IMG/VR virus record: IMGVR_UViG_3300033143_001962
Location: 185,798 to 249,797 of that record
Direction: 5' to 3' (one strand)
DNA: 64,000 bases
Each line of letters opens with the position of its first letter. Position 1 is the stretch's first letter. Below, piece after piece: positions 25,957-35,606 of the stretch. Under the pieces are notes generated by a model. It was not told where the DNA came from. It ran no database searches and saw only the letters and a program-made list of their open reading frames with translations. The position numbers were made by a program, and so were the translations under genes.

Positions 25957-26225
25957 TATCTAACTAAACTCTTAAGCATTTGGTACTTTTCCCAAGCTTC
26001 TGCAATTGCTGGATTATCACCATCTGCATCGGCTTGATCCATTAGCTTCCAGTAGTTCTTCTCCCACTGTGGTCTGTCTTCTAAGTGTTTACGTTCAGTA
26101 ACCTTAACGCCCATTAATGTACGTATAACATCAATTTGTTCAAACGCATCTTTAAGTGCTGGGTTGTCGTCGTGAAACTTTGTTTGTGATTCTAGCCAAG
26201 ACAGTTCTTTTTCCATGTCGTTCAT
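25956..26225 (-). CDS. family B protein with two motif copies
   Basis: DNPALKDAFEQIDVIRTLM and DNPAIAEAWEKYQMLKSLV. Confidence 0.7.
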   Translation of the reverse strand: MNDMEKELSWLESQTKFHDDNPALKDAFEQIDVIRTLMGVKVTERKHLEDRPQWEKNYWKLMDQADADGDNPAIAEAWEKYQMLKSLVR

Positions 26226-26416
26226 GTTACTAACCTCAATGTTACTCGATACTGCTCGTATGCATCCATTACTGCTGGATGCAGCCTGCGGATGTTTGCT
26301 TCCTGCACTGCGAGGGATTGTAGTCTTATCAACTCAGATTGCAACTCATCAATGCGATGTTGCTTCTCGTCAAGTTCGCTGTGAGTTGGTGGACGTTTTG
26401 ATCTGTACTCTATCAT
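26222..26416 (-). CDS. family B protein
   Basis: LHPAVMDAYEQYRVTLRLV; start moved to MIEYRS. Confidence 0.7.
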   Translation of the reverse strand: MIEYRSKRPPTHSELDEKQHRIDELQSELIRLQSLAVQEANIRRLHPAVMDAYEQYRVTLRLVT

Positions 26417-26607
26417 TGTATTAACTCCAACATAAGTTGATATTGATCCCACAGTTCTTTGAGACCTGGATGCTCGGCACGTAATTCTTCCTGTACTTCA
26501 TCAATCTGATCACGCGCCCTGATTTCAGCAGTAAGTTGTCTAATAATAGTACTACGGTTATCACGTATGTCACCGTCTATTGTGTACTCTTGGCCTTCTT
26601 CTAACAT
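26413..26607 (-). CDS. family B protein
   Basis: EHPGLKELWDQYQLMLELI. Confidence 0.7.
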   Translation of the reverse strand: MLEEGQEYTIDGDIRDNRSTIIRQLTAEIRARDQIDEVQEELRAEHPGLKELWDQYQLMLELIQ

Positions 26608-26798
26608 TATGCTATCAGCCTTTTAGTCAATTGAAACTTTTCGTATAAGTCTTGTAGTGCTGGGTTTTGTTCACGTAAGTATTCGTCCCAGTTAAGCGCG
26701 TCTTCAAGATCTCTAACCCTGGCGTCAAGGTCACGTATAACCGTAGACAGATCCTCTCCTGCTGTGTAACCACCAGAAAAGTTACGCGATATTGACAT
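26607..26798 (-). CDS. family B protein
   Basis: QNPALQDLYEKFQLTKRLI. Confidence 0.7.
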   Translation of the reverse strand: MSISRNFSGGYTAGEDLSTVIRDLDARVRDLEDALNWDEYLREQNPALQDLYEKFQLTKRLIA

Positions 26799-27072
26799 CT
26801 GCTGTTACCTTTGCTAATGCTGCTATTACTTTGTACTTGTCGTAAGCATCTTTAACAGATGGGTTACTTTTAATTAACGCGTCTTCTTCCATTAATCTAC
26901 TTTCAAGTAGCTCAAAGTTCACTTGTAACATATCAAGTCTACGCTGCATATCCTGCATACCAAATCCTGGACTAACCTGTACTTCCATTGTAGGACTTCC
27001 GTCGTGGTTACTATAAGTTTGAAACTTATTAATCATAATAAGATTCTCGTCCATGGATTTGATATCAAACAT
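26782..27072 (-). CDS. family B protein
   Basis: SNPSVKDAYDKYKVIAALA. Confidence 0.7.
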   Translation of the reverse strand: MFDIKSMDENLIMINKFQTYSNHDGSPTMEVQVSPGFGMQDMQRRLDMLQVNFELLESRLMEEDALIKSNPSVKDAYDKYKVIAALAKVTADVNIA

Positions 27073-27075
27073 ATT

Positions 27076-27795
27076 TTACTTGCTCTGTGCTGGTAAGATG
27101 TAAGTGTATTCAGCCATACCGCTGTCTACAATGATTTGTGCTGCGCCATCATCACTGATGCGTAGTACCTTGTCGCCTGGTAGGCTTAAGATGTTAATAA
27201 CATGAGCTACAGGCCAATGCCACTTGCGCTTAAGTTCACCTTGCACGTCTGCTGCAAACACAAAGTTACCTGCGTGTGTGCTATGATCGCCGAAGTAAAA
27301 CTTCAAGTCACCATCTTCGGTTGTTGCAATAAATGTAGTTTCACCTGGGTTAGCTTGTGCTTGATACTTAAGACGCATAATAGCTGCTACTGTAGGTTCA
27401 AGTTCAACGTTCCAGTTAACACCTTTAAACTTAACTTCTTTTAATTTTTCTTCAACAACTTCTTGAGCCATAAAGCGGAAATCGTTTGTGAAGTCACCTG
27501 TGTCATTTTTGAAGTTCATGTTAGACGGACCTTTGTCACTTTGCACTACTGTAATTGTAGCGTTTTCAGCGTAAGGTTCAAGACTGATAATAGTCTTTAA
27601 TGTACTCATTGTTGGCATACCAAATGTTCCTACGAACTCTGGAATTGCAGTATGGAACTTTGCTTGAATAACAACACTGTGGTCGTCTGCTAATCCATCT
27701 ACTACTGTTGACTTATCGTCTCCAGTTATTTTTACTAAATCAACACATCCTAAATCATGTGTATGTGTAATCAAATCCTTTAAATTGTCAATCAT
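27076..27795 (-). CDS. putative DNA sliding clamp (gp45/PCNA-like)
   Basis: 239 aa, alternating beta/alpha pattern with two-domain symmetry, ends YTYILPA; lies next to polB. Confidence 0.55.
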   Translation of the reverse strand: MIDNLKDLITHTHDLGCVDLVKITGDDKSTVVDGLADDHSVVIQAKFHTAIPEFVGTFGMPTMSTLKTIISLEPYAENATITVVQSDKGPSNMNFKNDTGDFTNDFRFMAQEVVEEKLKEVKFKGVNWNVELEPTVAAIMRLKYQAQANPGETTFIATTEDGDLKFYFGDHSTHAGNFVFAADVQGELKRKWHWPVAHVINILSLPGDKVLRISDDGAAQIIVDSGMAEYTYILPAQSK

Positions 27796-27819
27796 TTTAT
27801 TTCCTTATATTATCTTTGT

Positions 27820-27848
27820 ATTATACATTATGTATAACAGTATATCAA
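27820..27848 (-). promoter_or_regulatory. sigma70-type promoter
   Basis: TTGATA-17 nt-TATAAT upstream of the clamp gene. Confidence 0.7.
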
Positions 27849-28807
27849 GTCTTCTGGTTACTTTCTTTAAGAATACACCCTAATGTCTTTCCACCTTTAA
27901 GCGTACTAAGCTCGCCTGGTTTCTTTATACACAACCATGAAACTCGATCATTATATTCTGCTCTTTCTATTTCAAACCCAGTTAATGCACATAATTCGCG
28001 TACAAGTGTGCCCGGTGTAAAACTGTTTAACCCATTTTCAAAATTGATGGCACCGCTTGCATAATCGCAATCGTTATATGTGAATATTAAATAGCCACCT
28101 TCGCGAAGCACTGTAAATGTTTCTTCTAAGTATTGCTTCATAACATCAATTGGTTTATAGTTCATAAAGTTATCCATTACTATTAATCCAATTTGCCCTT
28201 CGGGCAATGAGTTAGATATAAACTCATCTTTATATTCATCAATTAACTTAAAATGAATTGTGTTAAATTCTGCTGTACTTAGATTTTTAAACATATACGG
28301 AACTGCACTACTCTGTTCCATTACATAAAGCACATCACTTGCTTTTAATGCATTAAAGAATCGTAACGAGTTTGGCCTAATGTATACCGATGGGTACTTC
28401 CACGACGTATGCTTTTTAATTAGATCATTAAATGTTGTTCTATTAGCTTCATCAGTGAACAAATCTAAATCCCTGTACTTGTCAATCGTTTCAATATTCG
28501 GCCAGTTACGTTTGGTCTCGTCGTAATGATCTCGGCTTTCAACCAATGGCTCATGTGATTTTTCTTGCATCAATTCAGCTGCTTGTTCTTTAGCTCCAGA
28601 GATTGCACTTTCCATTTCGTACATGTCTTGTGTTAAGTCTCTGATTCTATCGCCTAACGTGCAGAACCAATCACCTAACTCGGTGCCTTCCATTGCTTCC
28701 ATGTTATTATTAATGTCTGAGATAGCACGATCTAATGCGCGTACTTCTTTATCAATATTCCAACTATCAATAGTTGCTTTGTCTGTTAGTAAGTCACTTA
28801 ATTTCAT
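27845..28807 (-). CDS. class I SAM-methyltransferase-like protein with coiled-coil N-terminus
   Basis: IGLIVMDNFMNY...LREGGYLIFTYND; start moved to MKLSDLL (TAATG overlap with polB). Confidence 0.5.
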   Translation of the reverse strand: MKLSDLLTDKATIDSWNIDKEVRALDRAISDINNNMEAMEGTELGDWFCTLGDRIRDLTQDMYEMESAISGAKEQAAELMQEKSHEPLVESRDHYDETKRNWPNIETIDKYRDLDLFTDEANRTTFNDLIKKHTSWKYPSVYIRPNSLRFFNALKASDVLYVMEQSSAVPYMFKNLSTAEFNTIHFKLIDEYKDEFISNSLPEGQIGLIVMDNFMNYKPIDVMKQYLEETFTVLREGGYLIFTYNDCDYASGAINFENGLNSFTPGTLVRELCALTGFEIERAEYNDRVSWLCIKKPGELSTLKGGKTLGCILKESNQKT

Positions 28808-31578
28808 TAGAACTCGAATAAATTTCCAAAAGTACTGCTTGTGTCTGTATGTGCTGCTAAATCCCAATCAAGCACACCTAATAAGTTTTCAATCTTTTGC
28901 GTAACTACAGACTCTTCCATACCTTCTTCGTCAAAGGGTAAGTCCTTAAACCATTGCGGTATATTGTTTTCGTCTGTTGGTCGTGCAACACTTGTATATC
29001 CAAGTGGATTCTCTCTTAACTTACATACAATACACTTTGTACCATCTGAGATAGCAGCGGTGTACTTGTCGTCGTGCATCTTAAGTAACTTATTGTAATT
29101 GTAACCTGCTCGTACGTGTCCAGGTAACCGTGCTTTCTCACCTTTGCTTTGTGCCATGTCTTCTAATGCGCTGTACTTGGTTAAGTTATTAACACGTTTA
29201 GGAGCACCCTTTTCCCAAGGTTCTAAGTCACCGAATGTTGTTTTAAAGTCCATTATTTGCTCAATTACTCTATCCTTACCTTGTTCAGTAAGTGTTGACT
29301 CAAGTATATCCTTTAAGAACTCTTGCACAACTGGTGGAGTATCAGAACGTTTTAAGTCTAAGCCCATAGCTTTAATCTTGCCAGGCTTGCCATCTACGTC
29401 ACAACGTTGTCCTTCATTGTCTACTACCATTAATGCATAACGCTTCTTAGTAATAAACAAACCGTTAACTGCTACAACTTCTCGACCGCACTTAATAAGC
29501 TCGCCGTACTTCTGTGGCGCGTTAAACGCACGTTTCATAAATGGTGGAAAGCTAACATTACATTCGTCTGCTAATCCATCGTACAATGCAATAGCCGAAT
29601 CTACGTTCCATGGCATTTTACCTTTTTCAACTTGGTCTTTAATAACAGGCCATGCACTAAAGTAAGCGGAATCTGTATCGCCGTAAACAATAGTTTCGCC
29701 AGTGTGATCGTACACGCCAGTTAAACATTCATTAACATGTGCGTCCATGTGCTGTGCAATAGCTCGGCCAGTTAATGTAGTACTTTGTCCGATACGCTTA
29801 TCAAAGAATCTACAGTGCTGATTTAATATCGCACCGTACAGTGAGTTAAGATTGATCTTTTTAACAAGCTGTCGCTTATCCCAGTATTCGATCTCTACTT
29901 TGTTTCCTGCTTTGTACGCTTCTTTAAGTTTAGCTTGCATGACTTTACGTTCTGCGTACCAGTGCTTAAGTAGGCCAGGTATAATGCCTTCGCGTTCAAG
30001 TGTAAAGATAGTACCGTTAGCAGTTATTACCCAAGGTAAGCCACTATCAAATATCATCTTATGTACATCGTCTGCTTGCATACGCATACCATCAGCGATA
30101 GCACCGTATGTAACATAACTACCAAATCCAAGTTCGGTTAACTTTTCACTTGCATTTCTATCCCAGTCTATTGTAACTGTAACGTCTGGATCCTTGTCCA
30201 TAACCGCAGTGTATTCTAAGCTGCCGAACATTCCTTCCCAACTTGCTGCAAAGGTTTTACCCTTCTTAGTTTTACGTGTTTTAGGATTAACTTGATCGGC
30301 CATTTGTGACGCAATGTGCTCATCTGTCATTATAGGACGTAATTGTCCCATGATAGTTTCAGGAGCCATGTTCAATGATTGAATAGCACTTGGATACAGT
30401 GAGTTAATATCAACACTGCCTATCCACTTGTGTATACCTTTCTTAGGATATGCTACGTATGCGCCTGCTGCTTGTGTGTTATCATCATCACTGTAACGTA
30501 TCTTGTCAGGAACAATAAAGCCTTGCTTGTGTGCTTCGTTTATAATAGCTTGTTCTGTTTGTGCTACTGCGCCCATTGTCTTAGGAAGTAGAACAGTGTT
30601 TTCATGTGCAACTGAATTCGCTAAGTCAATGAACTTAAGTTTAACGTCAAGCTTATGTAACAACAAAGTATCTTGTATGTTGTACTCGATGAACTTTTTA
30701 AAGTCATAATTGTATAAGTGATCAAGTGTGCCTTTATACGCAACCTTAGTTTCGTTAAGTTCGTACTCGCCAATTGCATCTAAGCTGTAGCTATGCATTT
30801 CGTGATACGTGTACTTTCTGTATAGTTGCATGTAATCTAAATGCACACGACCAAACAAATCGTATGTTGTATTTTCAGCACCAAATCGTTCAAATGTACG
30901 CTTCTTAGGAAGCTTATCCCATAAGCAGAAACGTCTGGTGTCATTTTTACTTAGCACTCTTGTTATTCTATTAACCATGTACGGAATATCGTAGCCTTCA
31001 CTGTTCCATCCGCTTAGTATATCAGCATCTTCTATAACATCGAGCCAGTCTTTGAACATTTCCTTTTCATCTGTATATAATATACAGTTATCAAAGTGTG
31101 CTACAATAGCTTTAGCTTGCTCGTTAGATAATGTGTCTGGAGCGATTACTTGCGTAACCATTGTCTTAGACCAATTAAGATACGTTGAGATAGCTGTTAC
31201 TTTATTAAACGGATCATCTGTAGGTGAGAAACCTTTCACCTTATCGAAGTCTACCTCGATATCGAAGAACGCTGTATGCAACTCAGGAAACTCTGCACCA
31301 CCGTAGTTCTTTTCGAGACATCGTTGCAAGGGAGTGAAGTCACTTTCAAATAACTTCGTGCCACTGTGCATACGTTTCTCTTTCTGGAACTCTTTATTAG
31401 ACCGTGTGGTGAATTTACTAACTGGTGTATCGTAAACAGTCCTGTACTTGCCGCCTCTATCTTCGAAATAGAATGTGTGGTCTGCCGGGTAATCGACAAA
31501 GATACGTTTACCATGTACACGTTCTACTACGTGTACTGTATCTTTGTCCTTGTTGTAGAATGCATCTACAAAACTCAT
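28807..31578 (-). CDS. family B DNA polymerase with 3'-5' exonuclease
   Basis: FDIEVD, GWNSEGYDIPY, DINSLYPS, KINLNSLYG, YGDTDS, KKRY; uninterrupted, no intein. Confidence 0.97.
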   Translation of the reverse strand: MSFVDAFYNKDKDTVHVVERVHGKRIFVDYPADHTFYFEDRGGKYRTVYDTPVSKFTTRSNKEFQKEKRMHSGTKLFESDFTPLQRCLEKNYGGAEFPELHTAFFDIEVDFDKVKGFSPTDDPFNKVTAISTYLNWSKTMVTQVIAPDTLSNEQAKAIVAHFDNCILYTDEKEMFKDWLDVIEDADILSGWNSEGYDIPYMVNRITRVLSKNDTRRFCLWDKLPKKRTFERFGAENTTYDLFGRVHLDYMQLYRKYTYHEMHSYSLDAIGEYELNETKVAYKGTLDHLYNYDFKKFIEYNIQDTLLLHKLDVKLKFIDLANSVAHENTVLLPKTMGAVAQTEQAIINEAHKQGFIVPDKIRYSDDDNTQAAGAYVAYPKKGIHKWIGSVDINSLYPSAIQSLNMAPETIMGQLRPIMTDEHIASQMADQVNPKTRKTKKGKTFAASWEGMFGSLEYTAVMDKDPDVTVTIDWDRNASEKLTELGFGSYVTYGAIADGMRMQADDVHKMIFDSGLPWVITANGTIFTLEREGIIPGLLKHWYAERKVMQAKLKEAYKAGNKVEIEYWDKRQLVKKINLNSLYGAILNQHCRFFDKRIGQSTTLTGRAIAQHMDAHVNECLTGVYDHTGETIVYGDTDSAYFSAWPVIKDQVEKGKMPWNVDSAIALYDGLADECNVSFPPFMKRAFNAPQKYGELIKCGREVVAVNGLFITKKRYALMVVDNEGQRCDVDGKPGKIKAMGLDLKRSDTPPVVQEFLKDILESTLTEQGKDRVIEQIMDFKTTFGDLEPWEKGAPKRVNNLTKYSALEDMAQSKGEKARLPGHVRAGYNYNKLLKMHDDKYTAAISDGTKCIVCKLRENPLGYTSVARPTDENNIPQWFKDLPFDEEGMEESVVTQKIENLLGVLDWDLAAHTDTSSTFGNLFEF

Positions 31579-31841
31579 TACTCAGTGCGACCAACTGTTT
31601 CCAATATGTTCTCAAGTAATTCAAAATCTGTAGTTGCTTGATGGAAGCCTGACTTGTGTGCTGTTTTAATTGCTTTAGTAAGCACTGCTGGTTTGATTTC
31701 CATTTCTTCAGCAATAGCTTTTACTGTATCTTTTAAACCGCCGTTTAGTACTTCGATTTCTTCCATAACAGAAAGACCTTCTGTCATTAATTGCTTTAGT
31801 TTTAACTGTTCCTCTACGTTAAAAATTTTATCGTCCGACAT
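31578..31841 (-). CDS. T4 DsbA/GapR-like dsDNA-binding protein
   Basis: 87 aa helical: LKQLMTEG...LKDTVKAIAEEMEIKPAVLTKAIKTAHK. Confidence 0.55.
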   Translation of the reverse strand: MSDDKIFNVEEQLKLKQLMTEGLSVMEEIEVLNGGLKDTVKAIAEEMEIKPAVLTKAIKTAHKSGFHQATTDFELLENILETVGRTE

Positions 31842-31866
31842 TTATACTTCTCCTTTGTAATGTAGT

Positions 31867-31895
31867 ATTATAGCTTATTACTTAGGCTTTGTCAA
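31867..31895 (-). promoter_or_regulatory. consensus sigma70 promoter driving dsbA-polB
   Basis: perfect TTGACA-17 nt-TATAAT. Confidence 0.85.
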
Positions 31896-31904
31896 CAAGA
31901 AGTC

Positions 31905-31930
31905 AAAAAAATAGACACCGAAGTGTCTAC
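31905..31930 (-). terminator. Rho-independent terminator ending the late cluster
   Basis: TAGACAC-TTCG-GTGTCTA hairpin followed by a T-run. Confidence 0.85.
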
Positions 31931-31952
31931 TAAACTATGGTTTTGGAAAACT

Positions 31953-32288
31953 TTATGTTAGTGTAATGCCTTTACCTTGAGCGGCCGCTTTAATCTTTTG
32001 CTTTAGGATTGCGATGTGTTTTGCACTAGCCCCTTGCTTTGCAAGTTTAGAAATGTGATTCCATTGCGCAATTAATTTTTCTTTTTCAGCTTTGTCAGTA
32101 TGTGCTTTACGTTGCTCTATGCCGACGCCACTGTCTGTTGTTTTGCCTTTACCTACAAATGACTTGTCTGACTTAAAGTCCATTGGATCCATCTCATTAA
32201 TCATTGTCATAATGGATTCAAAAAGTCTATCAGCTTTACTGTTTAACTGTGCTTCTGTAAGTGGTTGGTATAATTCAAATAATCTCAT
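31953..32288 (-). CDS. putative internal head protein
   Basis: N-terminus MRLFELYQPLTEA. Confidence 0.55.
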   Translation of the reverse strand: MRLFELYQPLTEAQLNSKADRLFESIMTMINEMDPMDFKSDKSFVGKGKTTDSGVGIEQRKAHTDKAEKEKLIAQWNHISKLAKQGASAKHIAILKQKIKAAAQGKGITLT

Positions 32289-33481
32289 TTTATTTCGCCT
32301 GGCGGTGTTAATTTAATTCCACGTTTTCTTGCAAGTTCAACTAACTTACTGACTTGTTCTATTGTATCCATATCATCAAGTGCATCACCTGATTTAATGT
32401 CGAGGATTAATTGTCTCCAAGTTGCGTTTATACGTTTATTTAGCTGTTCTTCTGTACCTTCTGGCATAGTTTCCAATAACGACATCATACTGTTAATTGA
32501 CTCTGCCATTGGGTTAGCTATCATTTCAATTCCCCAACCTTCACGTTGGAATTCATGGAACTCTTTAGCTGATTCAAACTTACCACTTGGGTAAATTGCA
32601 AACTTACGGTTACCTAATATGCCAAAGTACGCAACTTCATCACCGCGTACTAGTTTAGTCTTATTATATAAATTTCCGCCTTTTTCGATAAGCTCGTCCA
32701 TTGTTTCATGTTGTGCTGGTGTTGGACCTGTTGGCGCAGCTTCTGTTACTGCGTCTTCTGGCATGTACTTTGCAAAGTCTCTATGCCCGCGACGTCTAAG
32801 TTCACGGTCGATCATTTTAATTTGGAATGCTCTCGGAGTTCCTCCTCCGCCTGCTTGATGACTGTCGATACCTTGTCCAGCTAATGCTTTTAATTCATCA
32901 TCGTCCATTTTATTAATTCGTGCCATCATATCTTTCGGAGTAAGGTAGCCGTCCCACCAAAACATTTTATTAAACTTACGTCCTAAGCTATCACCACGTG
33001 CTTCATCAATACCTTCGCCGAACCATTGTTCTGGATTTTCTAATGCTTGTATAGTATCGCTTGCTAATTCGTCCATGTCACCGTCTAGAGTTAGGACTTT
33101 TTGCATAATGTCAGCTACGTATTCGTCACCGTACTGGCTAAAAATGTCTGGGTTAATTGCTAACAACTTTTGTGTTAATAATTCCATACCGTTATTAGTA
33201 TCGTAAGTATCTTCACCTAAGGACATAGCCTTACCGGATTCAAGTGCATCTAACCGTGCAACAATGTTGCCTAAGTCAAACTCTTGATCTTTATTAACTT
33301 CTGCATTAATGTCGATTTCGCTGTCGTGACCTGCATCCATATCACGTGACAGTGATGCTACTGCACCTAAGTCATCGTCGACTGATCCTTTGTATCTCGA
33401 TCTGGCTTGTTTAATAGCCATTGCCGTACCTGCATCTCTTGTTTTTATATCTGTCTTTTCAAATAATTGAAATAGTTTCAT
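32285..33481 (-). CDS. modular putative internal head protein
   Basis: MKLFQLFEK; modules separated by LGED, IDEA, VTEA, MAES. Confidence 0.55.
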   Translation of the reverse strand: MKLFQLFEKTDIKTRDAGTAMAIKQARSRYKGSVDDDLGAVASLSRDMDAGHDSEIDINAEVNKDQEFDLGNIVARLDALESGKAMSLGEDTYDTNNGMELLTQKLLAINPDIFSQYGDEYVADIMQKVLTLDGDMDELASDTIQALENPEQWFGEGIDEARGDSLGRKFNKMFWWDGYLTPKDMMARINKMDDDELKALAGQGIDSHQAGGGGTPRAFQIKMIDRELRRRGHRDFAKYMPEDAVTEAAPTGPTPAQHETMDELIEKGGNLYNKTKLVRGDEVAYFGILGNRKFAIYPSGKFESAKEFHEFQREGWGIEMIANPMAESINSMMSLLETMPEGTEEQLNKRINATWRQLILDIKSGDALDDMDTIEQVSKLVELARKRGIKLTPPGEIK

Positions 33482-34302
33482 TACTTAAATCCTTTGTCTC
33501 TGTACTGTTGTACAGTGTTTTTAGTGCTAGAGCGAACTGCTTCTACTGCGCTGATAACTTTATTTGCAAATGCAATAAATGTCTCACCATCGTTTGTTCT
33601 AAACTCTTCGTCTACTTCGTCAATATTCCCACCGAAGTATGCAAGGTTTTTAATCTGTGCCATTAATTCTTGTATACTAAGCATACGACTACTTTCAGAT
33701 AAATTAGATTTACCATTGTCGCCTTTAGTTAATTCTTTGTTAGTTATTTCGTCATGTAGCTCACGCTTAAAACGTGTCTCCATGTTCTCGTGTTCTTCGT
33801 CCATTGACTTAAATATATCTGCAAAGGATTGTTTCTGATTCATTGCTTGCTTTGGTGCTAATTTTGGGCTTAGTTGTTCTTCTACAGCGCCTTCGTGTAG
33901 TTCGCCTACCCCGTCGCATCTGCTGCACTCTTCGCCACTGTGGGTAAAACCGTTGCCTTGGCAAGATGGGCATTCTGTTGTAGCTGGTTCAAATGATTGT
34001 TTACTTTTCTTTTTATTCTTTTGTACGTCAGCCCAAGTAGTAACTAAGTCACCTTCTTCTAAATCCACTTCATCATCAAACTCACCGCCAACTAAGTACT
34101 TACTTGCAGGGTGTTTTGTTTTTGTATTCTTAGCCATTTTATGTTGTGCTGGCATTCGATTAACACTTTTTTGTTGTGAGTCTAACCCTTCTAACAATAT
34201 TTTCATAGCATCTTTTTCTACTGCAGCGTTGATAATAACAGGATTCTCTTGTCCTGCGCCTGCAAAATTCTTAAGTATGTTTGTCATGTTGTCGTCTATC
34301 AT
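33481..34302 (-). CDS. modular late protein with zinc finger
   Basis: CPSCQGNG...CSRCDGVG; LLEG, LEEG, LHEG, LSES linkers. Confidence 0.55.
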   Translation of the reverse strand: MIDDNMTNILKNFAGAGQENPVIINAAVEKDAMKILLEGLDSQQKSVNRMPAQHKMAKNTKTKHPASKYLVGGEFDDEVDLEEGDLVTTWADVQKNKKKSKQSFEPATTECPSCQGNGFTHSGEECSRCDGVGELHEGAVEEQLSPKLAPKQAMNQKQSFADIFKSMDEEHENMETRFKRELHDEITNKELTKGDNGKSNLSESSRMLSIQELMAQIKNLAYFGGNIDEVDEEFRTNDGETFIAFANKVISAVEAVRSSTKNTVQQYRDKGFK

Positions 34303-34727
34303 TAGTCTAAATCCTTGCTATTCTTATATTTACCGGATTTTTTCTTCTTCTTCTTCTTTTTTGCAGGGTTGCCATAAATTGATGCATTGCGAGTTAATGT
34401 AGACCCCATGCCTGTTGCTACTGTTGCAACACACCCTGCTGTAGTTGTTTCATTTAGGTTAGCTTGCTGGAACTTACGTCTGGATTTTTCAAACCTGAGT
34501 CCGTCACCTTTACCACCTTTGTACGCTGTACCAACACCTTTGTAATCGCTCCATGTACCTTTAAGTCTGGTGCCACCTGCGTCTACTGCGTAAATTAAAT
34601 CTGTGTTAAATTCTTTCTCATTGACAAATTCCACGGCTCCCATTGATCGCATATCTTCTATCCAATCGCCCTTAACTGTGTACTCTATGCCTTCTATTAA
34701 AAAATCACTTGCTCTCATAAATCTCAA
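34302..34727 (-). CDS. putative internal head protein with Lys-rich tail
   Basis: MRASDFLIEG...LNETTTAG...KKKKKKKK. Confidence 0.55.
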   Translation of the reverse strand: MRFMRASDFLIEGIEYTVKGDWIEDMRSMGAVEFVNEKEFNTDLIYAVDAGGTRLKGTWSDYKGVGTAYKGGKGDGLRFEKSRRKFQQANLNETTTAGCVATVATGMGSTLTRNASIYGNPAKKKKKKKKSGKYKNSKDLD

Positions 34728-34998
34728 ACCTATTGTTATCTAGTACTTCTGCGTTACCAATTAATACTGTTGGTGCGCTTATATCAAATGTGCCAGTAAA
34801 TGGAGATAGCTGGTCAACCCGTATTGTATATATCCCTGGCACCGCTTCTATCTGTAATACTTCTTTAATAAATGTATCGTTGCGCCATTTAAATGTACGC
34901 TCTGCAAACATTTCGTCGTTTACGTACACTCTGTAGTCTGGTGGAAATCCTTCCCAATCACAACGTACTTCAAAATTAACTTTAATAAACTGCTCCAT
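34705..34998 (-). CDS. small beta-rich late protein
   Basis: start moved to MEQFIK, directly after TAAATA at 35004-35009. Confidence 0.55.
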   Translation of the reverse strand: MEQFIKVNFEVRCDWEGFPPDYRVYVNDEMFAERTFKWRNDTFIKEVLQIEAVPGIYTIRVDQLSPFTGTFDISAPTVLIGNAEVLDNNRFEIYESK

Positions 34999-35006
34999 AG
35001 CAGTAT

Positions 35007-35606
35007 TTATCCGTATATCCAATCTCCGACCATTTTGTACTTAATGTTAAATGCATTCATTAATAACTGCATTTCTTTTAAGCATTCGTGCTGCCCACCA
35101 CCACCTAGCAATGATCCACTAAGTGCTTTTAAATCACCTATGCTAATTTCAGGGAGGTAAATTCCATCATCGTACATCCAAGAGCCACCGTCGTCTCCGA
35201 CAAGCTTCTGGAATATTTCTACTCCGTTTTCTTGTTGTTCGATTATATCTCTGCTGTCGTTCATATCGTTCATAACCATATAACGCACTACTCTTATAAT
35301 AGTACTGTTATCAACACCTTGATCCATCCAGCCACGTAACCATGCATAACTCTTTTCTTTGTACGTAATGCTTTGTGCTATATCTTCATCTAACCCGTAC
35401 TCTACAAAATGTTCTGCAACTTCGTACGCTGTATCTTCTATACCTACATCTTCGCCATTGAAGAATGCTGTAATGTTAGGGTTCTTTTCGTTTAAGTAAT
35501 GCATACATCGTTCAATTGCATCTCTGTATCCGAACTGATCAGAGTCGTATGCTGGTTGAAAATCAACTAAAATTACACTATTGCCTCTTGCTTCAATTAG
35601 TTTCAT
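35007..35606 (-). CDS. isochorismatase/nicotinamidase-like cysteine hydrolase
   Basis: ILVDFQP, EKSY, GGGQHECLKE (D-K-C triad pattern); N-terminus MKLIEA. Confidence 0.55.
   Translation of the reverse strand: MKLIEARGNSVILVDFQPAYDSDQFGYRDAIERCMHYLNEKNPNITAFFNGEDVGIEDTAYEVAEHFVEYGLDEDIAQSITYKEKSYAWLRGWMDQGVDNSTIIRVVRYMVMNDMNDSRDIIEQQENGVEIFQKLVGDDGGSWMYDDGIYLPEISIGDLKALSGSLLGGGGQHECLKEMQLLMNAFNIKYKMVGDWIYG

Noticed and set aside
3332-27072. CRISPR array or DGR explaining the short repeated units
   Set aside because: Similarity is seen only at the protein level; no identical direct repeats with spacers, no TR/VR pair and no reverse transcriptase in the window
28807-31578. Intein or intron in the DNA polymerase
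   Set aside because: Motifs are spaced normally; no Cys/His-Asn splice junctions or LAGLIDADG blocks were seen
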